64,000 nt of DNA from Candidatus Omnitrophota bacterium (GCA_043826355.1 JBDRQI010000030.1:1-64000), one strand, 5' to 3'. Positions 48,105 through 58,822 are shown, counted from the first letter of the stretch. A program made the numbers and translations. Notes: generated by a model not told the origin, from the sequence alone.

Positions 48105-48135
48105 TGCGCAATACCCAACGCTCCCAAGCCTTCAA

Positions 48136-49068
48136 ATGACTGAAAACATATTTGTTTCAAACCATTCGCTTAAAACAGCGGTGTTATTTCTGGTATTTAA
48201 CCGACCTGATGCAACAAGGCTGGTCTTTGCCGAAATAAGAAAAGCCCGGCCTGAAAAACTATATATTGCTGCGGATGGCCCCAGAAAAGACAGGGCAGGG
48301 GAATTCGAAAATTGCCGGGCGGCAAGAGAAGTTGTCGGCCAAATTGACTGGGAATGCGAAGTGCACACTCTTTTCCGGGAAGAAAATCTTGGTTGCAGGA
48401 TGGCCGTGAGTTCCGCAATCGACTGGTTCTTTCAAGATGTGGAGGAGGGCATAATTTTAGAGGATGACTGCCTGCCTAACCAATCTTTTTTCTTGTTTTG
48501 CCGGGAATTGCTGGTAAAATACCGGAATGATACCCGAATAATGCATATTGGCGGGGTCAATTTTCAATTCGGGTGCGTTAGGGGTGATGGTAGTTACTAT
48601 TTTTCCGGATATAGTCATATTTGGGGATGGGCAACCTGGAGGCGGGCCTGGGTTTATTACGACGTAAAGATGAAAATGTGGCCCAGGTTTCGGGAACAGA
48701 ACCAAATTGCCAATTTATTGAAAGACAGGTCAACCCAGCGATACTGGCTGAAATATTTCCAGGCAGCCTACGAAGGTAAAATAGATACCTGGGATTATCA
48801 GTGGATGCTCGCTGTCTGGAGTCAAAACGGTCTCACTATTCTGCCCAGCGTAAACCTTGTTTCCAATATAGGATTTGGAAAAGGCGCAGCACACGCTACT
48901 AATAAAAACGATAGGTTTGCCAATATGGAAACCGGTAATATATCTGAAATTATTCATCCTTCTTTCGTCATCACGAACAAAGAAGCCGACATGTTTACTT
49001 TCAAGACGCACTTTCAACGCACTCTTTTTGCCAGGGTGAAGAATAAAATGAAAAATATCTGCAGATGA
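48136..49068 (+). CDS. Nucleotide-diphospho-sugar transferase
   Basis: VFNRPD, AADGPR, NLGC, IILEDDC, WGWATW, WDYQW, N.GFG. Confidence 0.85.
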   Translation: MTENIFVSNHSLKTAVLFLVFNRPDATRLVFAEIRKARPEKLYIAADGPRKDRAGEFENCRAAREVVGQIDWECEVHTLFREENLGCRMAVSSAIDWFFQDVEEGIILEDDCLPNQSFFLFCRELLVKYRNDTRIMHIGGVNFQFGCVRGDGSYYFSGYSHIWGWATWRRAWVYYDVKMKMWPRFREQNQIANLLKDRSTQRYWLKYFQAAYEGKIDTWDYQWMLAVWSQNGLTILPSVNLVSNIGFGKGAAHATNKNDRFANMETGNISEIIHPSFVITNKEADMFTFKTHFQRTLFARVKNKMKNICR

Positions 49069-49844
49069 ATTGTGAAATTTGCGGTTCAAAGACGGGTGTA
49101 ATTTTTAAGGCCAGAATTTTAAATAAATACCTCATAGACTGTTATTTTTGTGAAAAGTGCCGGTTTTTACGAACCGAAAAGCCTTTCTGGCTGAATGAAT
49201 CTTACCTGGAATCAATAAACATTTATGATACCGGTGTTCTGGAAAGGAATATTGCTTTGTCAAAAATAACCGCCGCAATTTTATTTTTTTTATTTGATAA
49301 AAATGCAAAATATCTTGATTTTGGCGGAGGATATGGAATATTAACCAGGTTGATGAGAGATACCGGGTTTGATTTTTACTGGCAGGATCCTTATACCCGG
49401 AATTTAACGGCAAAAGGATTTGAATATAATGAAAGTGTTAAAAATATCAGAGGCATAACTTGTTTTGAGACGTTCGAACATTTTACCGGGCCCATAAAAG
49501 AATTAGAAAGTATGTTGCGAATATCAAAAAATATTCTGTTTTCAACCGAACTTCTGCCCGGTATCATTCCGCCAATTAACCGGTGGCCGTATTATGGATT
49601 TGAACACGGACAGCACGTATCTTTTTATTCGTTTAAATCATTGGAATGCATTGCCAAAAAATACGGGCTAAACCTGTATTCGACCGGAAGTATCCATTTG
49701 TTTACCGAGCAGCGTTTTAATCCGCCGGTATTTAAAATGATTGTAAAATTGGCCGGCCGCGGCCTGTCTGTTTTTGTAAAAAAAATGATGAAAAGTAAAA
49801 CTTCCAGTGACCGGCGGGATTTGATAATAAAAAACAAAAGATAG
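49065..49844 (+). CDS. Class I SAM methyltransferase with N-terminal Zn ribbon
   Basis: CEICG, LDFGGGYG, FETFEH, GQHVSF. Confidence 0.85.
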   Translation: MNCEICGSKTGVIFKARILNKYLIDCYFCEKCRFLRTEKPFWLNESYLESINIYDTGVLERNIALSKITAAILFFLFDKNAKYLDFGGGYGILTRLMRDTGFDFYWQDPYTRNLTAKGFEYNESVKNIRGITCFETFEHFTGPIKELESMLRISKNILFSTELLPGIIPPINRWPYYGFEHGQHVSFYSFKSLECIAKKYGLNLYSTGSIHLFTEQRFNPPVFKMIVKLAGRGLSVFVKKMMKSKTSSDRRDLIIKNKR

Positions 49845-49970
49845 CCTGACAATTGTTTGTACCAGCGCCGAAGTATTGTTCCGATTAAAAAATCCTGAAG
49901 GAAACCGGCCGGCAACCGGAAATCTCTCTGGAACAAAGCCTTAACGATATTCTCCGTTGCGGCGGGAAGA

Positions 49971-51110
49971 ATGAAAATTCTGTATGATTTTCAAGCGTTT
50001 TCCATACAAAGGTTTGGCGGCGTCTCCCGTTATTTCTGTGAATTGATAAACCATTTTGGAGACGACCCGGACCTGGTGTGGGAATTGCCGATTAGGTGGA
50101 GTGATAACGAATACCTGTGTAATTTAAAGAAATCGGATGGAGGCGCTGAAGGTGTCACCGGTTCCTGCCGGGGTTTTTTGAAAAGGTTAAATTTTCGGGG
50201 TAAGCGGCGGATGTACCAATTGAAAAACAGGCCATGGGCGATAGAGCGGATTCGGACGAGTGAGTACGATATTTTTCACCCGACATTTTATGACGATTAT
50301 TTTCTGAAATATCTTTTTACTAAACCGTTTGTCCTGACTATCCATGATATGATTCATGAGATTTACCCTGATTTTTTTTCGCCGGCCGACCCTACTTCAA
50401 ATCGCAAGAAAATATTGGTCCAAAAAGCAACCCGGATCATCGCAATTTCTAAAACGACCAAGAAAGACCTGATTGATGTTTTCAAGGTACCCGAAGACAA
50501 GATAACCGTTATCTACCACGGAAATTCCCTGGCCGCTGACGTAAAACCAGTCGATTTCCAGCCAATAAAAAATTTGCCCATTCCGTATCTTCTTTTCGTT
50601 GGCGCCCGTGTGGGATACAAAAATTTTTACTTTTTTCTCCGCTCGATAGCTGCCTTATTGCTGGCAAATCCGGAACTACGGGTAGTTTGTGCCGGCAGTG
50701 TTTTTACGGCTGAAGAAAATCGGTTTTTTAAAAGCCTGGGCCTAACCGGTAGAATTCGACAATATGCGGTTGATGATGCCTGTCTGACTTATCTCTATCA
50801 GAATGCAAGGGCTTTTGTTTTCCCTTCTCTTTACGAAGGGTTCGGTTTTCCGGTGCTTGAGGCTTTCAGCTGTGGCTGTCCGGCAATTCTGAGTATGGCC
50901 GGTTCTTTGCCGGAAATCGGCGGTGATGCGGCTATTTATTTTGACCCGAAAGATGGTTACGCCATCCGGGAAGCAGTCTCCCGCGTAATTGGCGACGAAG
51001 ACATCCGAAAGGAATTAATCCGGAAAGGAAAGACCCGGGCTAATGATTTTTCCTGGGAGAAGACCGCCCGGATGACCAAACAGGTATACGCAGAGGTTTT
51101 GGCTTGTTGA
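49971..51110 (+). CDS. GT4 glycosyltransferase
   Basis: GGVSRY, TIHDMI, FPSLYEGFGFPVLEA. Confidence 0.92.
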   Translation: MKILYDFQAFSIQRFGGVSRYFCELINHFGDDPDLVWELPIRWSDNEYLCNLKKSDGGAEGVTGSCRGFLKRLNFRGKRRMYQLKNRPWAIERIRTSEYDIFHPTFYDDYFLKYLFTKPFVLTIHDMIHEIYPDFFSPADPTSNRKKILVQKATRIIAISKTTKKDLIDVFKVPEDKITVIYHGNSLAADVKPVDFQPIKNLPIPYLLFVGARVGYKNFYFFLRSIAALLLANPELRVVCAGSVFTAEENRFFKSLGLTGRIRQYAVDDACLTYLYQNARAFVFPSLYEGFGFPVLEAFSCGCPAILSMAGSLPEIGGDAAIYFDPKDGYAIREAVSRVIGDEDIRKELIRKGKTRANDFSWEKTARMTKQVYAEVLAC

Positions 51111-51167
51111 AACCCCAAAAGGAACATTCAGGGCAATTATCGCAGCAGTAACACAGGAGAAGGTTCA

Positions 51168-51884
51168 ATGAAGTCTTTTATCAGGCGTTTAATTCGGTTT
51201 TTCGGATTCGAGCTTCGGCGTTATAATCCCGTTTCTTCAGAATCCTGCCGGCTGATGAGGATGCTTTCGGCGCACAAGGTAAATTTGGTATTGGATGTGG
51301 GCGCTAATACCGGTCAATTCGGCCGGTTTTTGCGTGATGCCGGTTATGGTGGTCGCATCGTTTCTTTTGAACCGCTTTGCGCCGCGTGGGAACAATTGTC
51401 GGAAGCCGCTCGAAAAGACTCCCGGTGGGAGGTCGCCCCCCGTGCCGCAATTGGCAGCGAAAACGGCGAAATTGAAATTCATGTAGCCGGCAACAAGGAG
51501 AGCAGTTCGGTGCTGAAGATGCTTGATTCTCACGCAAATAACGCACCGGAATCGCGTTATGTCGGAAGCGAACGGGTATCGTTGCGTCGGCTGGATTCGC
51601 TTGCGCCGGATTACCTCAGTCCGGATTCGGTGGTCTTCCTGAAGATAGATGCTCAGGGTTATGAGGACCGCATACTGCAGGGTGCAACCGGATTACTGGG
51701 CCGGATTGCCGGAATGCAGCTTGAGTTGTCCCTGGTCCAGTTGTATGAGGGGCAGCGGTTGTTTGATGACCTGCTGGCTGAGGTTAAAGAACGGGGGTTT
51801 AATTTATGGTCAATTCGGCCGGTTTTTATTGAGCAGAACAGCGGTCGTTTGCTTCAGGTTGATGCGACTTTGTTCCGTCGTTGA
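51168..51884 (+). CDS. FkbM-family methyltransferase
   Basis: LDVGANTGQ, SFEP, LKIDAQGYE. Confidence 0.9.
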   Translation: MKSFIRRLIRFFGFELRRYNPVSSESCRLMRMLSAHKVNLVLDVGANTGQFGRFLRDAGYGGRIVSFEPLCAAWEQLSEAARKDSRWEVAPRAAIGSENGEIEIHVAGNKESSSVLKMLDSHANNAPESRYVGSERVSLRRLDSLAPDYLSPDSVVFLKIDAQGYEDRILQGATGLLGRIAGMQLELSLVQLYEGQRLFDDLLAEVKERGFNLWSIRPVFIEQNSGRLLQVDATLFRR

Positions 51885-52700
51885 ATGGAAAATAAAACAA
51901 CTGCACAGGTTGAGCCGCTGGTAAGTGTGGTTACCGTTTGCCTGAATAGCGAGAAGTATCTTGAGCAGACTATTGAAAGCGTAATCGGGCAGACCTATCA
52001 AAACATTGAATACATCATCATTGACGGCGGATCCACCGACGGAACCCTGGATATCATCAAGAGACACCGGGACCGCGTCGCTTATTGGGTCAGCGAGCCG
52101 GACCAGGGGCTTTATGATGCCATGAACAAGGGCATTGCCCGGGCGAAGGGGAAACTGGTGGGAATCCTTAACAGCGACGACTATTATCAGCCGAATGCGG
52201 TGGAGGTTATCGTTAAAGAATTCCGGAAAGACAATGAGGCGGGCGTTTTTTCTGGAGAATTATTATTTTTGGTAGCTGGACCGAAATCCAAGATTCAATG
52301 GCGGCGAAGATTAGCCGGGCTGGGAACTTTCGGGCAGGAAGTCGTTCATCCAGCCATGTTCGTCAAAAAAGAGATATATCAAAAATTTAAATATGATTTA
52401 AGATACAAGCTTGAAGCGGATGTGGATTTCGTTTATAAGCTTTACTTTAACAGGGTTAAATTTCATACCTGCCCGGATTTAATAGCTGTTTTTCGTGTCG
52501 GCGGCATCAGCAAATCTTACCGGTCGTTGATCGATAGTTTTATGATTCGCAATAAATATTTCAGCTTAAAATTTTTACCCAAAAACATCACCATTCTTTT
52601 TATTCGGTCAATTAATTGGAGCATAAAAAAGTTTATTTTGAAAAATAATTTTAACCATCCATTATTAAATTGGTACCGTAAATACCGAAAGTTAATTTGA
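51885..52700 (+). CDS. GT2 glycosyltransferase
   Basis: DGGSTDGT, D.GLYDAMNKG, LNSDD. Confidence 0.9.
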   Translation: MENKTTAQVEPLVSVVTVCLNSEKYLEQTIESVIGQTYQNIEYIIIDGGSTDGTLDIIKRHRDRVAYWVSEPDQGLYDAMNKGIARAKGKLVGILNSDDYYQPNAVEVIVKEFRKDNEAGVFSGELLFLVAGPKSKIQWRRRLAGLGTFGQEVVHPAMFVKKEIYQKFKYDLRYKLEADVDFVYKLYFNRVKFHTCPDLIAVFRVGGISKSYRSLIDSFMIRNKYFSLKFLPKNITILFIRSINWSIKKFILKNNFNHPLLNWYRKYRKLI

Positions 52701-52802
52701 CTCGTATGGGTAATTGGAAAACTCAGAAAATTGCGGCTGATGCGGAAAAATCGGGGAAATGATATTATAAGCGTTCGCAGTTATGCTGAAAACGGAGATT
52801 TT

Positions 52803-54047
52803 ATGCAATCGAACGGCAAGAAACTACTGATAATTTTTTTGCTTGCCCTGTCGTTAAGGTTTGCCTGGATCGCCACCCTGAATAATACCGTTGATGAGTG
52901 GAAGGAAGAAGGCGTTAAAGAGGCGGCCTGGTCCATTATTGAGGGCAGGGGTTATTCCATGCCCCGTTCCGCAATAGGTTATCCGGGCACAGAGCCACCC
53001 CTTTATTCTTTAAGGGAACCGCTTCTCAGTTTTTTTCTGGTGCCTGTTTTTTTTCTTTTCGGTGAGAATTATCTCGTTGTTAAGTTTTTGCTGGCAATTT
53101 TGGGAAGTCTCGCGGCCGTTTTGCTCTACAAGTTGGGAAAGGAGATTTTTGACTCGGAAAAGATAGCATTAACTGCCGCATTTGCAACTGCTTTTTTACC
53201 GGAATTAATTTATTGGAATGGTCAGATAACCCCGGAAACCTTGAGTGTGTTTGTGCTTATTCTGCCGGTCTTGTTTTTAACCAGGAGCCTCAAAAACCCA
53301 TCCCGGAGTAATATCTTTTTATCCGGTTTTTTTCTCGCTCTGGCGGCGCTCACCAGGGCCCAGACGATTATCATGGCGCCGTTCTTGCTTCTTTCTTTCG
53401 TTCTGGTTCAGCGGCATCGGCTAAGAGCTTTTTGGAGTGCCTGCCTTATTTTTTTATTTTTCGCGCTTACTTTCTCTCCCTGGATTATTCGAAATTTTGC
53501 CATCCACCACCGCTTAGTAGTCATTCCAACCACTACCGGGCAGGCTTTTTACGTCGCCAACAACCCCGGCACAATTAAGGAAATAAACAAGTCAGCCGGA
53601 ACTTTTCGCGGGGACGACTTGTCCCTATTTGAAGGAATGTCGGAAATCGATATTTATAACTGGTACCGGCGAGAAGCATTTCAGTTTATCTTTTCCCATC
53701 CGAAAGATTATCTCAGGCTGGTTGTCGACCGTTTCTTCCGGTTCTGGAGGTTTTATCCCCATATTGGTTTGGGCATCGAAGGCAGTCTTTACGGCATGGC
53801 TCATTTTTGGGCAAGTATTCTGACTTCAGGGGTGGTAATTATGCTCTGTGTTGTCGGCGGGATACTTTCCGTGAAAAACTGGCGCCAGAGCCTTCTTTTA
53901 CTGGTTCTGATCGTTTCATTTTCAACGATGACCATTTTGGGCCGGGTTGCCATTAGATACCGACTGCCGATTATGCCGTACGTCATTTTGTTTGCTTCTT
54001 ATGCTTTTTACCGTATTTTTCCGCGATTGGGAAAAGATTCTAAATAA
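52803..54047 (+). CDS. ArnT/PMT-family (GT-C) glycosyltransferase
   Basis: PETL, LTR, PWIIRN, RYRLP; multi-TM. Confidence 0.85.
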   Translation: MQSNGKKLLIIFLLALSLRFAWIATLNNTVDEWKEEGVKEAAWSIIEGRGYSMPRSAIGYPGTEPPLYSLREPLLSFFLVPVFFLFGENYLVVKFLLAILGSLAAVLLYKLGKEIFDSEKIALTAAFATAFLPELIYWNGQITPETLSVFVLILPVLFLTRSLKNPSRSNIFLSGFFLALAALTRAQTIIMAPFLLLSFVLVQRHRLRAFWSACLIFLFFALTFSPWIIRNFAIHHRLVVIPTTTGQAFYVANNPGTIKEINKSAGTFRGDDLSLFEGMSEIDIYNWYRREAFQFIFSHPKDYLRLVVDRFFRFWRFYPHIGLGIEGSLYGMAHFWASILTSGVVIMLCVVGGILSVKNWRQSLLLLVLIVSFSTMTILGRVAIRYRLPIMPYVILFASYAFYRIFPRLGKDSK

Positions 54048-54913
54048 TGTCTGAGGAAGTTTTACGGCGGATATGGTTGGAAAGAGGGTTGCAGGAAGCG
54101 CTGGCCGGACTCTATTATTTTCAACAGGGGCTGAACCGCTATCCTTCAGTAATTACGGATACGGAGAGCCTGATTTCTCTTGGTCTGGCGGTCAGGAAAA
54201 AGAGGCGTCTGGTTTTAACCCCGGCCGGCGTTTCACTCGCCTATCATCTTGCGGAATACCGCAGTCAGGTGGAGCGGGATGGAATAAGACCGGTTTTAGA
54301 ACGGTTGAAAATTGACCGGAATTCGGTTGTGCTGGATTTCGGCTGCGGCGGCGGGGGAACTCTGCTGGCGGCGTTCCGTTTTAATCCCAGACGGGTAACC
54401 GGTATTGACCGCGACGGTTACGCGGTTGAATTTGCCGAATTTTTGTTTCGCCAAAGCGGGATATCCCGGGAGCGTTACTTTTTCCTGAATTCCGAAATCA
54501 ACGCTGTCTCGTTGCCGGAAAAATCTTTTACCCACATAATCTGCCGGCTTGTCCTGTACCGGGTGAGGGTTAACCAGGCGCTGGCTGTTTTGAGCCGAAC
54601 CACCAAAAGCGGCGGTCATATTTATATCCTGGCGCATTCGGCCGGATATTATCTTTCCCGGACTAAACTTATTTTGCGGAACCCGGTTTGGCTCGGCTAT
54701 TTTTTATTCGTTTTTTCCAACGGTTTAATTTTTTCAGCCACCGGTTTGCAGTTAACTTTGAAGTTGGGGAGCAGACGATTTTCAGAGCTCTTTTTTACGG
54801 AAGGTTCCCTAAAACGGGCGTTGCGCGGCAACGGTTTTAAAGTAGAAATTTTTAAGCGGCAGCCAAAGGACGGCCGCCGGGCAATTTTTGAGGTTTTCGG
54901 TGTTAAACTTTGA
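54047..54913 (+). CDS. Class I SAM methyltransferase
   Basis: VLDFGCGGG, GID. Confidence 0.75.
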   Translation: MSEEVLRRIWLERGLQEALAGLYYFQQGLNRYPSVITDTESLISLGLAVRKKRRLVLTPAGVSLAYHLAEYRSQVERDGIRPVLERLKIDRNSVVLDFGCGGGGTLLAAFRFNPRRVTGIDRDGYAVEFAEFLFRQSGISRERYFFLNSEINAVSLPEKSFTHIICRLVLYRVRVNQALAVLSRTTKSGGHIYILAHSAGYYLSRTKLILRNPVWLGYFLFVFSNGLIFSATGLQLTLKLGSRRFSELFFTEGSLKRALRGNGFKVEIFKRQPKDGRRAIFEVFGVKL

Positions 54914-54973
54914 CGGTTTCGGGAAGAAAAAGATAAAATAAAAGAGAAAAGAGCACACAAAGATAGACAAAGT

Positions 54974-55049
54974 TGTCATCCTGAGCCGCAATTGCGAAGG
55001 AACTATATTTATTAATAACGAGATTCTTCGGCTTTGCCTCAGAATGACA
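54974..55049. repeat. TGTCATCCTGAG...CTCAGAATGACA REP doublet
   Basis: Inverted ends with internal CGAAG/CTTCG. Confidence 0.8.
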
Positions 55050-55064
55050 GAGGGAGGAAATAAA

Positions 55065-56432
55065 GTGAATCCTAAAATTGGTTTGGCTGAGGTTGATATA
55101 ACGCCGCCGGTTGGCAGTTCCCTGGTTGGCTATTTTGAAGACCGGAAGAGCACCGGTGTTCACGACAATCTCTTTGCCCAGACTTTTATTTTTCAGTCCG
55201 GGGAAACTCAAATTGTCCTGATTACCTGCGACCTGATTGTCCTTCTGCCGGACACGGTTAACGAGGTCAAGGAGTTAATCAGCCGGGAATTTTCCATTAT
55301 GCCGGAAAATATATTTATGCACAGCACCCATACCCATACCGGGCCGGCTACGGCAAGCGCTTTTGGCGTTGAACAGGACGTAAATTACATCCGGTCTTTA
55401 CCCGGTCGTATCGCCGGTTCGGTCCGGCAGGCGGTTTTAAACCTGGCGCCGGGCCGCATCGGGTTTGGCAGCGGTGTAGAGGCAGGTGTTTCTTTTAACC
55501 GACGTTATCTGATGAAGGATGGGACAGTCCGCACCAACCCCGGCGCCGGCGACGCCTGGGATAAGATAATCGGAAAAGGTAATCCGGACATAGTGAAACC
55601 GACCGGTCCAATTGACCCGGAAGTGGCGGTTATGAGGATAGAGAATGAATTCGGTAATTTAAGGGCGGTGCTGGTCAATTTCGCCTGTCACCCGGATACC
55701 GTCGGCGGCAACCTGATTTCCGCCGATTATCCCGGAGTTATCCGACGGTTGGTGCGTAAAATCAAGGGTGAAAACGTGCTGGTGAGTTTTTTTAACGGCG
55801 CTTGCGGCAATATCAACCATCTGGATTTTTGGACCGGAAAAGTAAAAACCGGTTATTTTGCGCACACCGAATGGATGGGTACCATTCTAGCGGCTGAGGT
55901 GATAAAGGTTTGCGAGAAAATTGATTGCAGGTTATTTGAAACAGTTAAAGCAGCCAGCGCTGAATTGGAAATCGCGGTGCGGCAACCCGGCGAAAAAGAA
56001 CTTAAGTTCGCCCGGCGCCTGGTTGAGGGAGAGCGGAAAAAGTTATCGGAAGAGGATAAGGCAGAATTACGGCGCCGGAGTAATCTGTTCGGTGATGAAA
56101 TTGCCTGGCTGAAGGAGATGCTTTTTGTGGTTGACCAAGGAAAGAAGAAGGAAGAGGTGCCGGTGGGTGCGGTGCGGATAAACGATGCCGGGTTTGCTTT
56201 CCTGCCGGCGGAAGTTTTTGTGGAATACGGCCTGCGGATAAAATCCGAATCAAAATTGAAGTCTACTTTTGTAATCGAATTGACCAACAATTTCTTGGGA
56301 TACATACCAACCCGGCAGGCCTTTTCCGAAGGCACCGGTTATGAGGAGCGCCTGGCGCGGAGCAGTAACCTGGCACCGGAAGCCGGGGATTTGATTACGG
56401 ATGCGGCGCTGAAGTTGCTGGCGTCTTTATAG
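55065..56432 (+). CDS. Neutral/alkaline ceramidase-like metalloamidohydrolase
   Basis: DITPP, HD.L, THTHTGP, NRR, NFACHP, SADYPG, GACGNIN, GYIPT; GTG start after GGGAGG. Confidence 0.8.
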   Translation: MNPKIGLAEVDITPPVGSSLVGYFEDRKSTGVHDNLFAQTFIFQSGETQIVLITCDLIVLLPDTVNEVKELISREFSIMPENIFMHSTHTHTGPATASAFGVEQDVNYIRSLPGRIAGSVRQAVLNLAPGRIGFGSGVEAGVSFNRRYLMKDGTVRTNPGAGDAWDKIIGKGNPDIVKPTGPIDPEVAVMRIENEFGNLRAVLVNFACHPDTVGGNLISADYPGVIRRLVRKIKGENVLVSFFNGACGNINHLDFWTGKVKTGYFAHTEWMGTILAAEVIKVCEKIDCRLFETVKAASAELEIAVRQPGEKELKFARRLVEGERKKLSEEDKAELRRRSNLFGDEIAWLKEMLFVVDQGKKKEEVPVGAVRINDAGFAFLPAEVFVEYGLRIKSESKLKSTFVIELTNNFLGYIPTRQAFSEGTGYEERLARSSNLAPEAGDLITDAALKLLASL

Positions 56433-56443
56433 GGAGGCTATTT

Positions 56444-57484
56444 ATGGTTGTTAATTGGGGAGTAATCGGCTGCGGCGGGATTGCGCGGCGGCGCACCATC
56501 CCGGAGGGGATTGTGCCGGCAAAGAACAGTTGTTTGACTGCGGTAATGGATGCCAATCTTTCGGTGGCAAGAGAGATGGCGAAAGATTTAAAGGTTAAGT
56601 CCTATGACACCGAAACGGAACTGCTGTCGGACCCGGAAATTAACGCAATTTACATTGCGACGCCGGCCTATCTGCATGCGAAACAGGCGACAGCGGCGCT
56701 GCGTTCCGGCAAGAACGTTTTGGTGGAGAAACCCCTGTCTTTGACGCTTTTTGATTGCGAATCTGTGATTAAAGAAGCGGAAAAACAGGGTCGGAAATTA
56801 GGGGTGGGTTATATGATGCGGTTTCACGGTTTTCATCAGCAGTTGCGGGTGATGATTTCCGAAGGACAGATTGGCAAGCCGGTTCTGGGTCGGGCCCAGC
56901 TTTCCTGCTGGTACCCGCCGATGGAAGGAGCCTGGCGGCAGAACCCGGAACTGGGCGGGGGCGGTTCTTTGGTTGATATGGGTAACCATCTCATTGACCT
57001 GTTGGAATATGTTTTCCAGTCACCGGTTACGGAAATAAATTGTTTTACCGGCAACCTCATTCAATCCTATCTTTCGGAGGATAGCGCTCTTACTACGGTT
57101 CGTTTTCAGAATGGGGCTCTGGGTATGGTTGATGCGTTTTTTTCCATACCGGATAATTCTTCCCGTAATTTTATGGAGGTTTACGGAAGTGCCGGCTCGG
57201 TCTTGGCGGAAGGAACCATCGGCCAGGGGTCGGCCGGAACCGCGCGCGCTTTTGCGGAAAAAGAGATGAAGGGTTATGAAGCGGACCAGAAAAGGTCTCA
57301 GTCGGGAGGAGTAGATTTAAAATTCCCGTTGGTAAATACCTATCAGGCAGAGGTTGAAGAGTTTGCAAACGCAATCCTGGAAGACCGTAAACCGGCTATT
57401 TCCGGAGATGATGGCCTGTGGTCGCAAAAACTGGTGTTGGCGGCTTACGAATCGGCCCGTACCGGCAGAGTAATTAAATTGTAG
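56444..57484 (+). CDS. Gfo/Idh/MocA oxidoreductase
   Basis: GCGGIA, IATP..H, VEKP, GGG.L.D.G.H. Confidence 0.92.
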   Translation: MVVNWGVIGCGGIARRRTIPEGIVPAKNSCLTAVMDANLSVAREMAKDLKVKSYDTETELLSDPEINAIYIATPAYLHAKQATAALRSGKNVLVEKPLSLTLFDCESVIKEAEKQGRKLGVGYMMRFHGFHQQLRVMISEGQIGKPVLGRAQLSCWYPPMEGAWRQNPELGGGGSLVDMGNHLIDLLEYVFQSPVTEINCFTGNLIQSYLSEDSALTTVRFQNGALGMVDAFFSIPDNSSRNFMEVYGSAGSVLAEGTIGQGSAGTARAFAEKEMKGYEADQKRSQSGGVDLKFPLVNTYQAEVEEFANAILEDRKPAISGDDGLWSQKLVLAAYESARTGRVIKL

Positions 57485-57532
57485 GGGCACGATTCATCGC
57501 GCCCGCGCGGACCGGATGAATCCGACCCTACA
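57481..57532. repeat. GTAG-type REP pair
   Basis: GTAGGGGCACGATTCATCGCGCCC...GATGAATCCGACCCTACA; supplies the TAG stop of the upstream gene. Confidence 0.75.
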
Positions 57533-57559
57533 GAATATATTATATTTTAAGGAGGATTT

Positions 57560-58822
57560 ATGGCGGAAAAATTGGCAATCGAAGGCGGGGAAGCGGTAAA
57601 CAAAGTTTTTTTTCCTAAATGGCCTTCTTTTGAGGAAACCACCATTCAGAAGGCGATGGAACCCCTGCGCACCGGGAAGGTCAATTACTGGACCGGCGAG
57701 ATGGGGGTCAGGTTTGAAAACGAGTGGGCGAAATGGAACGGCGCAAAGTACGGGATAACAACCAGCAACGGCACCAGCGCTCTTCATACGGCGGTAGCGG
57801 CTTTGGGGATAGGCCCCGGTGATGAGATTATTTGTCCCTCCTATTCTTTTATCGCTTCCTCATTCTGTATTCTTCAGGCGGGTGCCTTGCCGGTTTTTGC
57901 CGATGTAGATGAAACCCACACCCTTAACCCGGCCGAAATCGAGGATAAAATTACAGAAAGAACAAAGGCCATTATCGTCGTGCACCTTTACGGGGTAGTG
58001 GCCGACATGGACCCGATAATGAAAGTAGCCAAAGATCATAACCTTTTTGTGATTGAAGACTGCGCCCAGTGTTTCGGCGGTATCTATAAAGGAAAAAAGA
58101 CCGGAACCATTGGTGAAATCGGGTGCTTTAGTTTCTGCCAGAGCAAGCATTTCACCACCGGTGGAGAAGGCGGGGCGGTGATAACCGACAACGAAACGCT
58201 GCAGTGGGAATGCCGGTCTTTCCGCGACCACGGTTACGATGTCAAGGAGAGGCTGAGATTGCTGGAATTAGAAGCGAAGCTTACCTATATCCATAACCGG
58301 GTAGGTTTTAACTACCGTATGACTGAAATGCAATCAGTAATCGGCCTCTGCGAATTGGACCGGCTTGACACTTGGAACCTGGCCAACCGGAGGAAGAACG
58401 GCCGCTTTCTGATTGAAGCCCTGAAAGGCCATCCGCTGGTTACAAAAGCCCCGCTGGATACCAAAGAACGGGAGAACGCATTCTGGTGGGCGCCGTTTGT
58501 TCTTGATGTTGACCGGCTTAAGGTTCCGGTAAAGCAGTTTGTGAGTGCTATGGAAGCGGAGGGTGTTCCGGTTTACGGCGTTCAGTGGCCGGAGATGTAC
58601 AAGGAAAAGGCCTATCTTGAGCAGAACGGTTTCGGCCGGTTAAAATATCCTTTTAACGACCCTAACGCCCGGAAGATTGATTACGCGGCCTTTGACTGCA
58701 AAAAGGCAAATTGGCTTTCCAAACGGACGATGTCGTTCTTTACGCATCCGGTTTATACCCAAAAGCATATGGAACTTTACGTGGCGGCGTTCCAGAAGGT
58801 GGCTTCTGCGTATATGAAGTAA
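57560..58822 (+). CDS. DegT/DnrJ/EryC1/StrS PLP aminotransferase
   Basis: NGTSALH, VHLYG, EDCAQ, SFCQSKH.TTGGEGG, GFNYRM. Confidence 0.93.
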   Translation: MAEKLAIEGGEAVNKVFFPKWPSFEETTIQKAMEPLRTGKVNYWTGEMGVRFENEWAKWNGAKYGITTSNGTSALHTAVAALGIGPGDEIICPSYSFIASSFCILQAGALPVFADVDETHTLNPAEIEDKITERTKAIIVVHLYGVVADMDPIMKVAKDHNLFVIEDCAQCFGGIYKGKKTGTIGEIGCFSFCQSKHFTTGGEGGAVITDNETLQWECRSFRDHGYDVKERLRLLELEAKLTYIHNRVGFNYRMTEMQSVIGLCELDRLDTWNLANRRKNGRFLIEALKGHPLVTKAPLDTKERENAFWWAPFVLDVDRLKVPVKQFVSAMEAEGVPVYGVQWPEMYKEKAYLEQNGFGRLKYPFNDPNARKIDYAAFDCKKANWLSKRTMSFFTHPVYTQKHMELYVAAFQKVASAYMK

